Below, one piece after another: positions 21,052-31,225 of a stretch of DNA of 64,000 bases; position 1 is the stretch's first letter, and every line of letters begins with the position of its first letter. The DNA lies in IMG/VR virus record IMGVR_UViG_3300025892_000012, positions 29,493 to 93,492 of that record, one strand, 5' to 3'. The notes under the pieces are model-generated. The model was not told the DNA's origin. It was given only the letters and a program-made list of their open reading frames with translations, and did not search any database. Source of the stretch: a virus. The translations under genes and the position numbers were made by a program.

Positions 21052-22473
21052 ATGGCAAAACAAACTATTAATAGAGGAATAGCACCAAATGATAACACAG
21101 GTGATACGCTAAGAGATGGTGCTGATAAAATAAATTCAAATTTTAATGATTTATACGAAAATTTGGGAGATGGGGATAATTTATCATTTAATGTACATAC
21201 GTATACTACTAGCACACAAAATCTAGAAAATAAAACATTAATTGCTGCTAACAATAATATAGTTATTAATGTAAACGAATTAAATGATGTTAGTATACCA
21301 ATTCCTGCAGTAGATTCTCAAATATTAGAATACAATGGAACTCTTAATCAGTGGGTAGTAGCAGACCGTGTGGGTAGACATTTAGTTCCGAGTTCTAATA
21401 ATACATTTGATTTAGGAAGTCCGAATTATCAATTTAAAGATTTATATCTAAGTGGGGAAACACTTTACTTGGGTGATATAAAATTATCTTCAAACAATGG
21501 AGAATTTAAAGTTGAATCACAAAGTAATCCATCTGCTGGAGGATTTAAGCTAAGTGGATTAATTGATGTATCTCCAACTGCACCAACAAATACTCAAGTA
21601 CTAACATGGAATGCTTCTGCAAATACATGGTATGCGGCAAATGCAGCCGGAGTTAGTGGTGTTGCTTCGTATTTAAATGGAAATTTAGATACTCATATTA
21701 TACCAGACACTAATGCCGCTTATGATATTGGTTCTGCAGAATACAAAATAAGACACTTATATCTTTCTGACAATTCATTATGGGTAGGAGATGATCATAA
21801 GATAAGTGTAGAAGAAGGTGAAATTAAATTTAAAAAGTTAAAAAGAACAGCACAACATGTACCCAAAGTAATTTTAGATGCTGCAATTGCGGAAGGCATT
21901 GGTGGTGATTTAGATTCAGTAGTTGCTCATGCTTTGAATTGGATGAATACACAATTAGATCCAAATGCAATTGACTTATCTGATGCTAGAATAAAAATTG
22001 AATTATGGTTTAAATACGCTATTCAAAACATTACTAACTTCATTGTTAATTTTCCTACACCAGGTGATTTATTCCCCAATGTAAATGATGCTAATTATGA
22101 TAATAATGACTATGAAGAAAATGTTAAACTAGGACAAAGTACGCATATATTTGATGTAACAAATGCCAATAATACTTCATATCTCTTTACAGACTTAGGA
22201 AATATATGGTTTCCAACATCAACACCTAATCCCACACTATATCTAAGAAGAGGTGAGATTTATAACTTTAGAATAAATGCAAGCGGTCATCCATTTAGAA
22301 TCCAAAATTCAAGTGTTGATAGTGATTTAGATGCTGTTGCTACTTCGGGTATAGTTGGTAATACAACAGAATCGGGCACACTTGTGTTTAAAGTACCTAT
22401 GGAAACACCTAGTACACTTTATTATCGGTGTACTGTGCATTCAGTCATGTCAGGAACTATAAACATTGTTTAA
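21052..22473 (+). CDS. Baseplate wedge / fibre-connector protein (T4 gp9/gp10-like N-terminus) with cupredoxin-like C-terminal domain
   Basis: MAKQTINRGIAPNDNTGDTLRDGADKINSNFNDLY matches the gp9/gp10 N-terminal motif; C-terminus GHPF...LYYRCTVHSVMSGTI. Confidence 0.75.
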   Translation: MAKQTINRGIAPNDNTGDTLRDGADKINSNFNDLYENLGDGDNLSFNVHTYTTSTQNLENKTLIAANNNIVINVNELNDVSIPIPAVDSQILEYNGTLNQWVVADRVGRHLVPSSNNTFDLGSPNYQFKDLYLSGETLYLGDIKLSSNNGEFKVESQSNPSAGGFKLSGLIDVSPTAPTNTQVLTWNASANTWYAANAAGVSGVASYLNGNLDTHIIPDTNAAYDIGSAEYKIRHLYLSDNSLWVGDDHKISVEEGEIKFKKLKRTAQHVPKVILDAAIAEGIGGDLDSVVAHALNWMNTQLDPNAIDLSDARIKIELWFKYAIQNITNFIVNFPTPGDLFPNVNDANYDNNDYEENVKLGQSTHIFDVTNANNTSYLFTDLGNIWFPTSTPNPTLYLRRGEIYNFRINASGHPFRIQNSSVDSDLDAVATSGIVGNTTESGTLVFKVPMETPSTLYYRCTVHSVMSGTINIV

Positions 22474-22482
22474 AAAAAGTAG

Positions 22483-22827
22483 ATGGCAAATATATTTAAA
22501 TTAAAAACAAAAGCTAATGTATCTAATTCAACGGCTGATACAATTTATACAGTTCCTGCAACTACAACAGCCGTTGCTATTGGATTAGTTTTAGCAAATA
22601 AGTCTACTCATGTAGTTACTGCAACCGTTGATTTAAATTCAACTACAAATGATAACGAATTAAATACAGCAGTCACTCTTTTTCATAACATAACAATTCC
22701 TGATAAAAGTACACTTGAGGTTTTTGGCGGACAAAAACTGATACTACAAACAACAGACCAAATTAAAATAACTAGTGATACACAAAATGGCTTAGATGTA
22801 GCCTTGAGTGTCTTAGAAATAAGTTAA
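22483..22827 (+). CDS. ~110-aa adaptor family protein (copy 1 of 3)
   Basis: YTVPATTTAVAIGLVLAN...IPDKSTLEVFGGQKLIL...LSVLEIS; paralog of 23747 and 36880. Confidence 0.75.
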   Translation: MANIFKLKTKANVSNSTADTIYTVPATTTAVAIGLVLANKSTHVVTATVDLNSTTNDNELNTAVTLFHNITIPDKSTLEVFGGQKLILQTTDQIKITSDTQNGLDVALSVLEIS

Positions 22828-22831
22828 ACTC

Positions 22832-23743
22832 ATGCCTACAAAAATACTAGAACTTGCAAATGATTTCTCTACATTATATAAGAAATATAATAATGAAATC
22901 GTACAACATGTTCTTGTGGAAAATTCAGTCATTGATGCCGGTTTAATTGGTAATAATCATGTATCTACTGCAAGTATTCAACTTGATAATACAATCATTA
23001 GAATTGGCACTTCTAGAGGTCTTTTAGATAATGACCTTCTCACCTATGATGCACTTCAATATAAATTTGTAAATAAAAGTTTAGCTGAATTTGGTTTTGT
23101 TGGCGCAGCCGACATAGCTAATAGCATAACTACAGATACTCTCACTGCAAACACAATCAGCGTTACTGGTGACTTAGTTGTTGCTGGTAATACAATTACA
23201 CTTGATACTCAAACATTACTAGTTGAAGATAACATTATTGTACTTGGTGCAAACAATAATACAAATCTTATAGATTTTGGTTTTGCCGGTCAATATAGTT
23301 ACGATAATGGAGCAACTACAAAATATGCAGGTATCTTTAGAGATGCAAGTATTGGAAAATTTTATTTGTTTGAAAACTATCCTCTAGAACCTCCCACATC
23401 TACAATGACGGGATTCAATCCCAGTTCAATGTCGGGAACATTAATACTTTCAAATCTAGAAGTTCTAGATGATATAACTTTAAACACTGCAGTAATAGCA
23501 TACAATGCGGCTAACGGAACATTAGATGTAAATGGAAATGCTCTTTCTTATGATGCTGGTTCAACTCTGGCTTCTTTATCGGATGTTAATACAACAGCTA
23601 ATGCCAATCAAGTTCTCACTGCTGATGGTGTAGGTAACTTCAATTTCAACACAGTAGATTACAATAATCTGATAAATAAACCAGACGCACAACTTGCGGC
23701 CTTAGCGGATGATGCATTCATAAATTCAATAATTTTTGGTTAA
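22832..23743 (+). CDS. Fibre segment ending in 'SIIFG'
   Basis: TLLVEDNIIVLG..YAGIFRDAS fibre motif; LSDVN..ANQVLTADG spacer; IALG-like C-terminus. Confidence 0.7.
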   Translation: MPTKILELANDFSTLYKKYNNEIVQHVLVENSVIDAGLIGNNHVSTASIQLDNTIIRIGTSRGLLDNDLLTYDALQYKFVNKSLAEFGFVGAADIANSITTDTLTANTISVTGDLVVAGNTITLDTQTLLVEDNIIVLGANNNTNLIDFGFAGQYSYDNGATTKYAGIFRDASIGKFYLFENYPLEPPTSTMTGFNPSSMSGTLILSNLEVLDDITLNTAVIAYNAANGTLDVNGNALSYDAGSTLASLSDVNTTANANQVLTADGVGNFNFNTVDYNNLINKPDAQLAALADDAFINSIIFG

Positions 23744-23746
23744 TAA

Positions 23747-24091
23747 ATGGCGAATACACTTTTATCTAAAACTTATGATGGCGGAAATAATTATGTTACT
23801 GCCACAACAGATGTTAACATTTATACTGTGCCTACAAGTACAACTTCCATTTTAATTGGGTTTACAATATCAAATTTAACAACCGGTATCATAGCTTTGA
23901 GTGTTAAAATTTTAGATTCAGATGCGGCACAAACTGTACACTTTTTGAAAAATGTAGTCATTGATAGTGGCTCTACTCTTGAAATAATGGGGGGCAATAA
24001 AATTATTCTAAATGCTAGTGATGCAATACGTATGCAGTCCGATACACCAAATTCCTTTGATGTTGTACTATCACTAGTGGAACAGACATGA
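23747..24091 (+). CDS. ~110-aa adaptor family protein (copy 2)
   Basis: YTVPTSTTSILIGFTISN...GSTLEIMGGNKIIL...LSLVEQT. Confidence 0.75.
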   Translation: MANTLLSKTYDGGNNYVTATTDVNIYTVPTSTTSILIGFTISNLTTGIIALSVKILDSDAAQTVHFLKNVVIDSGSTLEIMGGNKIILNASDAIRMQSDTPNSFDVVLSLVEQT

Positions 24092-24342
24092 GCAAAGCTT
24101 TTAATATAGCTACAAATCTTGGAGCATATAAAAGTGCTTTTGATTCAAGTGGTAATATAAATGTACCAATGTATTCAAACCATGACACAACTGAAGATAT
24201 AACTGTAGTTGCAAATACTAATTCTTTAATGCCAGGACCTATTACAGCAAACAATGTAGCTGTAAGCGGACATTTAATTGTAATAAATGAATTTCATGTA
24301 ACTGGTAATATTACAGTTACTGGTTCTGTATCATTAATATAA
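24088..24342 (+). CDS. Socket connector (MSKA-type N-terminus)
   Basis: MSKAFNIAT...NTNSLMPGPITANNVAVSGHLIV...VTGSVSLI; ATGA overlap. Confidence 0.7.
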   Translation: MSKAFNIATNLGAYKSAFDSSGNINVPMYSNHDTTEDITVVANTNSLMPGPITANNVAVSGHLIVINEFHVTGNITVTGSVSLI

Positions 24343-24362
24343 ATGAACAAAGAGGAGAATAA

Positions 24363-24959
24363 ATGCCTACGTTTACACTAGGAGGAAAAACACTAGCAAC
24401 ACAAACAGGAAGTGCAGAGCCACAAATAGCAGATGCTGTAACATTTCCTGGAAAATCTGGAGCAATATTACAAACAAAAACTTATATAGATCCCACATCA
24501 TGGACTCAGGTACTTGACACTGATTTTGAAACGCTTGTAAATGGGTCTGGAGTTAAATTTGCTGTATCTATTACTCCTACTCTAACAGGGTCTAAAAATA
24601 TAGTAACAGTAACTTTTGGAACTTTTTATGCACACAATGCTCAAAATTATGCATTAGGAGTTAGATTGTGTAGAAATGGCACTCCAGTAAGATTAAGCAC
24701 AGCCACCGACAGTACACCTCTAGTAACTTTTAGTGCTAGTAGTTTATATGCAAACTATATGCCAGCATGTACTGCAGTTGTTCTTGATGAAACCTTGAAT
24801 ACTAAAGATGTATTAGTTGAGTACACTTTACAAATGCAAAGACATGCAATAAGTACATACACAATGGGTATGAATAAAACTGGAACCACAAGAACTGATA
24901 ATTCTGCCTATGGACAGCGTACATCCAGTCAAATTATGGCACAGGAGGTTGTGGTATGA
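24363..24959 (+). CDS. Receptor-binding tip, TFP(A)G family
   Basis: Plug MPTFTLGGKTLATQTG; VTFPG..GAILQ; ends QIMAQEVVV; GAGGAG RBS. Confidence 0.7.
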   Translation: MPTFTLGGKTLATQTGSAEPQIADAVTFPGKSGAILQTKTYIDPTSWTQVLDTDFETLVNGSGVKFAVSITPTLTGSKNIVTVTFGTFYAHNAQNYALGVRLCRNGTPVRLSTATDSTPLVTFSASSLYANYMPACTAVVLDETLNTKDVLVEYTLQMQRHAISTYTMGMNKTGTTRTDNSAYGQRTSSQIMAQEVVV

Positions 24960-25330
24960 TTACAATAACACAAGCAGTACAAGCACTAGGAGGAAAAAGT
25001 TTTAGTGTTGAAGAAGAAAATCCAAATAAAGTTTTTTTTAATAGAGGTAATCCATTAAACATAACAACTGCTCAAATAAAAGAAAAATTTGACGAATTAG
25101 TTGCAGAATTTAATCAGACAGAACCCATTAGATTACTAAGAGAACAAAGGGATAAATTACTTACAGAAACCGATTGGGTAACTGCAAAAGCAATAGAAAC
25201 AGAAGAACCAATACCTGCTGAATGGAAAACCTATAGACAAGCACTCAGAGATTTACCAGCTACTGCAGAACCACAACTAGATGAGTTTGGTAATTTAATT
25301 AATGTAACTTGGCCGGAGAAACCAGAGTGA
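24956..25330 (+). CDS. Phage tail assembly chaperone (LR..R..LL.ETDW...YRQALRDLP family)
   Basis: Family motif, ends WPEKPE; ATGA overlap. Confidence 0.85.
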   Translation: MITITQAVQALGGKSFSVEEENPNKVFFNRGNPLNITTAQIKEKFDELVAEFNQTEPIRLLREQRDKLLTETDWVTAKAIETEEPIPAEWKTYRQALRDLPATAEPQLDEFGNLINVTWPEKPE

Positions 25331-25599
25331 GTGGAACACTTAAATTAAACGATACACTATTTGCTACAGAAAATAGTGGAGATATAAGTGTAACTGCGCA
25401 TTTTACAGAAACTAATGTTGTACAAAACTCAAATGTTATAACACAGAGTTTGACGATAGCAAACAATAAAAATGCAACAATTTCAGGACCTGTATCTGTA
25501 AGTGGTTTAACAATCAATGGAAGTTTAAATGTAATGGGTAATTTAACAATTCCTACAACACAAAATTTAACAATTACAGGAAGATTAAGGATATTATAA
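25327..25599 (+). CDS. Plug-plus-socket 'extender' connector
   Basis: GTGA-coupled start gives MSGTLKLNDTLFATENSG (plug); ends NKNATISGPVSVSGLTINGSLNV...ITGRLRIL (socket). Confidence 0.7.
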   Translation: MSGTLKLNDTLFATENSGDISVTAHFTETNVVQNSNVITQSLTIANNKNATISGPVSVSGLTINGSLNVMGNLTIPTTQNLTITGRLRIL

Positions 25600-25600
25600 T

Positions 25601-26194
25601 ATGGCAGATTTAATTTTAGGAAACACTACTGTAATGACAGAAAGTGGAGGTAATGTTACACTTGCTGATTTTTTTGAAGCTAAAATATTACAAATAGATT
25701 ATGGAATGCACAGTAGCACTTATTACGACAGTGGCCAGGGTACTGCATTTCCTGGAACCACTTTACCTGGAGAACTTGGTGATGGAAGTGTAAATTTAAC
25801 TCCTACCAGTTCCAGTAATTTTATAGAGATTTCGTATACAATGCATTGTGGACAACATGCCACATGGAATTTATTTTTCTTTAGAACATATTACAGTGTA
25901 GACGGAGGTAGTACTTATGCATATGTAACAGATACTGGAGGTGGAGCAATAGGTTATCATTCAGGTTGGAATGGCTCACCTTTTATAGCATCTGCCTGTG
26001 TGATTAAACCGGTGACTTTTTTTACTAGCACAAATCAAAATATAAAATTTCGAATGAATTCTTGTAAAGAAAGTAATTCAGCAACAGGATTAGCACTCAA
26101 CGTAAACACAAGTACTAATGATAGCTCAAAAACTACAAATTTTTCAGGTGCTTGTTCATCATTGATAGTAAAAGAATTAAAAGGACCATTATGA
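25601..26194 (+). CDS. Receptor-binding tip (TFPAG-related family)
   Basis: Plug MADLILGNTTVMTESGG; KILQ...LTPTSSSNFIEI...SSLIVKEL. Confidence 0.7.
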   Translation: MADLILGNTTVMTESGGNVTLADFFEAKILQIDYGMHSSTYYDSGQGTAFPGTTLPGELGDGSVNLTPTSSSNFIEISYTMHCGQHATWNLFFFRTYYSVDGGSTYAYVTDTGGGAIGYHSGWNGSPFIASACVIKPVTFFTSTNQNIKFRMNSCKESNSATGLALNVNTSTNDSSKTTNFSGACSSLIVKELKGPL

Positions 26195-26553
26195 CAGACA
26201 TTGTTAACGCTATAGAATCTTTAGTTGATAAAGCTAAATTCAGTATTGAAGATGGAGATTATGACAAAATTGTTTGGAAAGATGAAAGAACTATTCCCAC
26301 AAAAGCACAAATAGAAACAAAGATTACTGAATTAGAAGCTGAAGAACCTGTGCGAATTTTACGATTACACAGAGATAGATTATTACAAGAAACAGATTGG
26401 GTATCTGCTAGAAGTGTTGATTCAGGTACACCAGTGTCTCAAGAATGGGTTGCATATAGACAAGCACTTAGAGATTTGCCAGTTACAGCAGAACCACAAC
26501 TAGATGAAAATGGTAATTTGACAAATGTCACTTGGCCAGTAAAACCAGTATAA
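26191..26553 (+). CDS. Tail assembly chaperone
   Basis: LRLHRDRLLQETDW...YRQALRDLP...WPVKP; start moved to ATG 26191 (ATGA overlap). Confidence 0.85.
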   Translation: MTDIVNAIESLVDKAKFSIEDGDYDKIVWKDERTIPTKAQIETKITELEAEEPVRILRLHRDRLLQETDWVSARSVDSGTPVSQEWVAYRQALRDLPVTAEPQLDENGNLTNVTWPVKPV

Positions 26554-26563
26554 AAGGATTAAA

Positions 26564-26839
26564 ATGGATTACACAATAACATTAACAGATACTGAAGACA
26601 AAGCACTGGCATATGCCGCTGCAAGTCAACAGGATTGGATTGATAACGTAGTTCACAATCGTTGTCGCATTGCAATTGATGACATTGTAAAACTTGCAAT
26701 AGACAAATTTATTGCTGCTGGTGAAAGCATGCCAGGAAATAAAGACCAAATTGTTGCAATTGCATTTGAAAGAGGTTGGGTCAAAACTGCAGCACAAAGA
26801 AATGAAGAAGCACAAGCCGAAATGGAGAAACAAGCATAA
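26564..26839 (+). CDS. Helical hypothetical protein, probable fibre-associated chaperone
   Basis: AAGGA RBS; QDWIDNVVHNRCRIAIDDIV...GWVKTAAQRN. Function inferred from context only. Confidence 0.55.
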   Translation: MDYTITLTDTEDKALAYAAASQQDWIDNVVHNRCRIAIDDIVKLAIDKFIAAGESMPGNKDQIVAIAFERGWVKTAAQRNEEAQAEMEKQA

Positions 26840-27324
26840 TGCCAGTTTTAGGAGCCGTAGCAAGACCTAATATCACTAGTTCATCAACAATCATAGATCA
26901 TAAAGAATATCTTGGTGGACATGCGGATATAATTTCAAATCCTGGCTATTATACTTTTTATGCACACTATACACCAGGAAATGTATCTGTCATAGTGCGT
27001 GGAATAAATATGGCGAGTAGTGACTATACGGCATCTAGTGGCAAAGATATTTTAATATCCACATCAGCAATAACATTAAACTCTGATGATATCATACAAA
27101 TTATCGGATATGGAACTAGCACTTCTGCCATATTAACCAAAAGCGATATGAACATCACTGGTGGACAGGCAATCAATCTAGAAAAAGTGGATAGTAAGAT
27201 TTATATGAATCGTAATCAGTATTCTGCAAATTTACATGTGCCCGCAGGATACAATGCATTCTTTGCTGGACCTATGAATTTTACAGGCACATTAACAATT
27301 GATGGCGTTTTAAACATAATTTAA
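26839..27324 (+). CDS. Socket connector with YIG-type N-terminus; paralog of the 55017 N-domain
   Basis: NPGYYTFY..Y.PGN.SV...SD.NITGG shared with 55017; ends YNAFFAGPMNFTGTLTIDGVLNII. Confidence 0.75.
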   Translation: MPVLGAVARPNITSSSTIIDHKEYLGGHADIISNPGYYTFYAHYTPGNVSVIVRGINMASSDYTASSGKDILISTSAITLNSDDIIQIIGYGTSTSAILTKSDMNITGGQAINLEKVDSKIYMNRNQYSANLHVPAGYNAFFAGPMNFTGTLTIDGVLNII

Positions 27325-27333
27325 AAAGAAGAT

Positions 27334-27912
27334 ATGAGTGGAGTTATAAAACTAGGTTCAACAACATTTGGCACAGAGAACAATGGCAAGATAGATTTGA
27401 CCAATGTTGGTGAAATCGCTTACAATAATCATCCTGCATTTTTTGCATGGTTAAGTACTCTTCAAAATAACTTTACTGATCAAACATATGTCAAAGTTGC
27501 GTATAATTCCATAGATATAGACACTCACAATTCTTTTGATACTACTTCTTTTGTTGGTAGATATACTATACCTGATGGTTGTAGTGGAACTTATCAAATA
27601 AGTGCTAGAGTTACTGGATGGGCAGTAACAGATACAAACCTAAGAGATGACCACTTATATTTAAGAAAAAATGGTTCTAATTATGAAGGTGTGGCGAATA
27701 GATGGGCAGGAAATGATATAGCACACCATTCTAATGTGCTAACAACAATTATAGATTTAAATGCTGGAGATTATTTAGAGATTTATTGTTTTATGAATTC
27801 AGTAAATAGTGCTGATAATAGAGTTTTATCAAAAATGGGTGACTACAACTTAAATAGTGGTTGGGAGGAAATATCAAGATTAACAACTTTTAGTGGATAT
27901 CGTATAAGGTAA
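27334..27912 (+). CDS. Receptor-binding tip, C1q/TNF-like domain
   Basis: Plug; HPAFFA...FDTT..GRYTIP..GTYQISA...LNAGDYLEIY...FSGYRI. Confidence 0.7.
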   Translation: MSGVIKLGSTTFGTENNGKIDLTNVGEIAYNNHPAFFAWLSTLQNNFTDQTYVKVAYNSIDIDTHNSFDTTSFVGRYTIPDGCSGTYQISARVTGWAVTDTNLRDDHLYLRKNGSNYEGVANRWAGNDIAHHSNVLTTIIDLNAGDYLEIYCFMNSVNSADNRVLSKMGDYNLNSGWEEISRLTTFSGYRIR

Positions 27913-27919
27913 TTAACTT

Positions 27920-28489
27920 ATGGCATCAGAAATACAATTAGGCGGTAAAACAATATTCACGCAAGATGGTAACAACATGCCAGAAATGCATACGAATGTT
28001 GTAATACCCGAAGCAACAAAAACAGCATTAGGATTAAATGCTATACCAGCAGGAACAACAGCAGAAAGACCAGGTACTCCTGCAGTTGGTATGATTCGTT
28101 ACAACACAGATTTTAAATGTATTGAATACTATGATACTAATAGTCTATCTGGTTCAACTTGGCACAGTGTAGGGCCTTTTGTTACTGTAAAATTTAATGG
28201 CTTTAATGGTTCTGTCATGAATTGGTGGGGTAATTATTCAAGTATAACGAGAAATGCAACAGGACATTATACATTAACTTTTGCAACAGCAGTTGGTGAT
28301 TATATGTGGTATATTGATACCGATACAAATAATTCAAGGAGTGGTAATCACGTAATGGGACTAAGTGGTTTTGGTAGTTATTATTTTGTTTATAATTCAA
28401 CTTATTTTACATTTACAATAGGTGATATTATTACACCAGCACGGTCAGATGCCGATATAGTTTGGGTTTCTCTATGGAGTATATCATGA
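27920..28489 (+). CDS. Receptor-binding tip
   Basis: Plug MASEIQLGGKTIFTQDG; PAGTTAERP..GMIRYNT spacer; VKFNG..SSITRNATGHYTLTF domain. Confidence 0.7.
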   Translation: MASEIQLGGKTIFTQDGNNMPEMHTNVVIPEATKTALGLNAIPAGTTAERPGTPAVGMIRYNTDFKCIEYYDTNSLSGSTWHSVGPFVTVKFNGFNGSVMNWWGNYSSITRNATGHYTLTFATAVGDYMWYIDTDTNNSRSGNHVMGLSGFGSYYFVYNSTYFTFTIGDIITPARSDADIVWVSLWSIS

Positions 28490-28905
28490 ATAATTTAATA
28501 CTTTACACAAATGCAGAAGGTTCAGTCTCTAGCATTTGTATCAATGGTGCAGAAGACATCACAAAAGTCAGAAAGTATATATTAGACCATAGTTTAAATG
28601 ATGCTATTATTATAGATGAAGCCGCACTACCAGAAAAAAAATTAGAGTATTGCAAAATAGTAAATGGTGAGTTAATATCAGATGAAGAATATAAAACAAA
28701 TAAAGCCATGCAATTGTTGCGAGAAGAAAGAGAAAAGTTATTGATTCAATCTGATTGGCGTGACCTTCCTTCTTATCCAGGTACAGACCAAGAAGCATGG
28801 CGAACATATAGACAGGATCTAAGAGACATGACTGAATTAGAATCTCCTAAAATAGATCAATATGGTAATCTAATTGAAGTAGTCTGGCCAACACCACCGG
28901 AGTAA
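28486..28905 (+). CDS. Tail assembly chaperone
   Basis: LREEREKLLIQSDW...YRQDLRDM...WPTPPE; ATG 28486 overlaps upstream stop. Confidence 0.8.
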   Translation: MNNLILYTNAEGSVSSICINGAEDITKVRKYILDHSLNDAIIIDEAALPEKKLEYCKIVNGELISDEEYKTNKAMQLLREEREKLLIQSDWRDLPSYPGTDQEAWRTYRQDLRDMTELESPKIDQYGNLIEVVWPTPPE

Positions 28906-28906
28906 A

Positions 28907-29137
28907 ATGGGAAACATTTCAATCATCAAAGGTTTTGATTCAGAAGGAATCAGACCAAGCAACGAAATAGTTGTAGACAAGAATGTAGTAGCTGAAGAAG
29001 GTTATTCACAATTGTTAATTGGTCCTGTTACTGTTCCCAATGTTACTGTAAATGGTAATCTAAACGTGATGACTGAAATAAATATTACTGGAGACTTAAC
29101 AATTGGTGAGAACGGTCAACTCAACATCATCGGATAA
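28907..29137 (+). CDS. Socket connector
   Basis: YSQLLIGPVTVPNVTVNGNLNV...GENGQLNIIG; close paralog of 32799. Confidence 0.7.
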   Translation: MGNISIIKGFDSEGIRPSNEIVVDKNVVAEEGYSQLLIGPVTVPNVTVNGNLNVMTEINITGDLTIGENGQLNIIG

Positions 29138-29142
29138 AACGA

Positions 29143-29667
29143 ATGGGTAATCTTGTATTAAATGGGCAGACAGTATTAGAGCAAGTCGGAACTGCTAAAC
29201 CTACAGTTGGTTCTGGTTGGCCTTCTGGTACAATTTGTGGATTTGAAAGATACATTACACCTATTACAAGTCATCAATCTAGTACTACCACATATCAAAC
29301 TATTACAGGAACACAAATAGATTATACACCAGTGACAGGTAGTACTTATGTATATTATAGTACAAGTTTTTTAATGACTGGAGAAGATAATAGTGCTTTA
29401 GGACATTTTAAACTATTATTAGATTACAATACAGTAAATGGAGCGGAGTTTACAATAAGGCAGGGAGTTTATTGGGCAGGAAATCTTATATATTTAGAAT
29501 GGATATTTGATTCATGGAGTGGTCCTAAAAATATATTATGTGAGTGTAGGGAGTATAATGCCTCATACACATTTAGATTACATCAAAATGTTAATTGGGA
29601 TGGAGCAAGTGATTCGGCAACTGGACCATATAAATCTCCAGTAACTAAAATATATTCTATAATGTGA
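29143..29667 (+). CDS. Receptor-binding tip
   Basis: Plug MGNLVLNGQTVLEQVG; WPSGTI in place of FPAGH. Confidence 0.7.
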   Translation: MGNLVLNGQTVLEQVGTAKPTVGSGWPSGTICGFERYITPITSHQSSTTTYQTITGTQIDYTPVTGSTYVYYSTSFLMTGEDNSALGHFKLLLDYNTVNGAEFTIRQGVYWAGNLIYLEWIFDSWSGPKNILCECREYNASYTFRLHQNVNWDGASDSATGPYKSPVTKIYSIM

Positions 29668-29674
29668 GAAACTA

Positions 29675-30274
29675 ATGGCAACACTTAAACTCAACAACAC
29701 AACAGTTTTTACAGAATCAAATGGTGCTGCGAGTATTCCAAGTGCGGTCAAGTTTCCTGCTGGACATGTTGTACAAGTTGTAGAATTACATGATGATAAT
29801 TATGTAACAATAAATGCTGCATCCATTAAATGTTATGATGTTCAAATTACAACCAAACAATCAAATTCAAAAATTTATGTGATAGCAAATTTAGGTCACA
29901 GTAACTATAATCATGATGTTGATAGAGCATTGGCAATGGGATATAAAGTTGGTGGGGTATCCACAAATTCTTCTGATTATATTGCTTTACAAAGTTCAAA
30001 ATATACTAGGCAAATAGAAGGAAATTTAGGTAGTTTTTGGACACAAGATACAGGAGACCCAGGTGGAGGAAGTTGGAGTGGAACTTACGGAATAAGTTCG
30101 GTGATGTTTACTAAACTACATGCTCCTAATGTTCCTAAAGATACACTATTATCATATTCGTTGTGGGGTTCTTCAGATGGTACATTCTACATTGGCACAT
30201 CCAATTCTACAGGAGGTGGAACACCTAATGGTTATGACAATAGTATTACTTTAATGGAGATTTCTAATGGTTAA
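29675..30274 (+). CDS. Receptor-binding tip, FPAGH family
   Basis: MATLKLNNTTVFTESNG...KFPAGHVVQ...SITLMEIS. Confidence 0.75.
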   Translation: MATLKLNNTTVFTESNGAASIPSAVKFPAGHVVQVVELHDDNYVTINAASIKCYDVQITTKQSNSKIYVIANLGHSNYNHDVDRALAMGYKVGGVSTNSSDYIALQSSKYTRQIEGNLGSFWTQDTGDPGGGSWSGTYGISSVMFTKLHAPNVPKDTLLSYSLWGSSDGTFYIGTSNSTGGGTPNGYDNSITLMEISNG

Positions 30275-30641
30275 GCCAAAACAAATAACCATCAATAATG
30301 CTATGGTAGAATATTATGGCAATTATAGTTGGGGAATGACTGGACCGAACTATACAGATATTATTTGGAAATCTAATCCTGATGAGAAACCAAGTTTAGA
30401 AGATTTAGAAGAAAAGGTAATACTGTTACAACAACAAGAACCATTAAGATTTTTGAGAGAAAAAAGAAACATTTTGTTAAAAGAAACAGATTGGAGAGCA
30501 ACAGTTGACTATCCTGGAACAGACCAAGAGGCATGGTTGACTTATAGACAGGCACTGAGGGATTTACCTGCAACAGCAGAACCAGAATTGGATGAAAACG
30601 GAATGCTTACAAACGTAACTTGGCCAGAGGAACCAGTATAA
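30267..30641 (+). CDS. Tail assembly chaperone
   Basis: LREKRNILLKETDW...YRQALRDLP...WPEEP. Confidence 0.85.
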   Translation: MVKPKQITINNAMVEYYGNYSWGMTGPNYTDIIWKSNPDEKPSLEDLEEKVILLQQQEPLRFLREKRNILLKETDWRATVDYPGTDQEAWLTYRQALRDLPATAEPELDENGMLTNVTWPEEPV

Positions 30642-31225
30642 TGGCAATACTAAAGTTAAACAGTCATGAAGTGATTACACAAAGTGGAGACAATCGTCCA
30701 GAGTTTGGTGCAAGTGTGCCTGCTGGTTGTATGTTACAACTTAAATCAACTACTAAAACCGACCATTGGGGTGGTTCTGGAGTTTCAAATGGAAATTCAG
30801 GTGTTACTCCATATGCTGTAACTGGATTATCTGTTACAATTACTCCAAAGTTTAATACAAGTAAAATATGGTTATTTGCTGATATTTTTATGGGATTAAA
30901 TAACTTTGAAGGATACAATTATTATTGGTCAATTTATAGAAGTATTAATGGAGGAACTAGTTCAGCAATTGGAGTAGGTACAGATAGTAGTGCAACATTT
31001 TTTGTTATGGGTGGTCATAATATGTATCCTTCTGGAAGTAGTATTCCTTTTGCGGGAGGTAATTCTAAAAATTATTTAGACAGTCCATCTACAATAGATA
31101 GTATAACTTATCAAATAAATGTAGGTGCTGCAGATTCAAATGCTATTTTATATGTTAATAGAAGAGCTAGTGGTGGCAATCCTTGTGGGGTATCAACAAT
31201 CACAGCAATGGAGATAGCAGCATAA
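30641..31225 (+). CDS. Receptor-binding tip, PAG family
   Basis: TAATG-coupled start MAILKLNSHEVITQSG; VPAGCMLQ; ITPKFNTSKI; STITAMEIAA. Confidence 0.75.
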   Translation: MAILKLNSHEVITQSGDNRPEFGASVPAGCMLQLKSTTKTDHWGGSGVSNGNSGVTPYAVTGLSVTITPKFNTSKIWLFADIFMGLNNFEGYNYYWSIYRSINGGTSSAIGVGTDSSATFFVMGGHNMYPSGSSIPFAGGNSKNYLDSPSTIDSITYQINVGAADSNAILYVNRRASGGNPCGVSTITAMEIAA

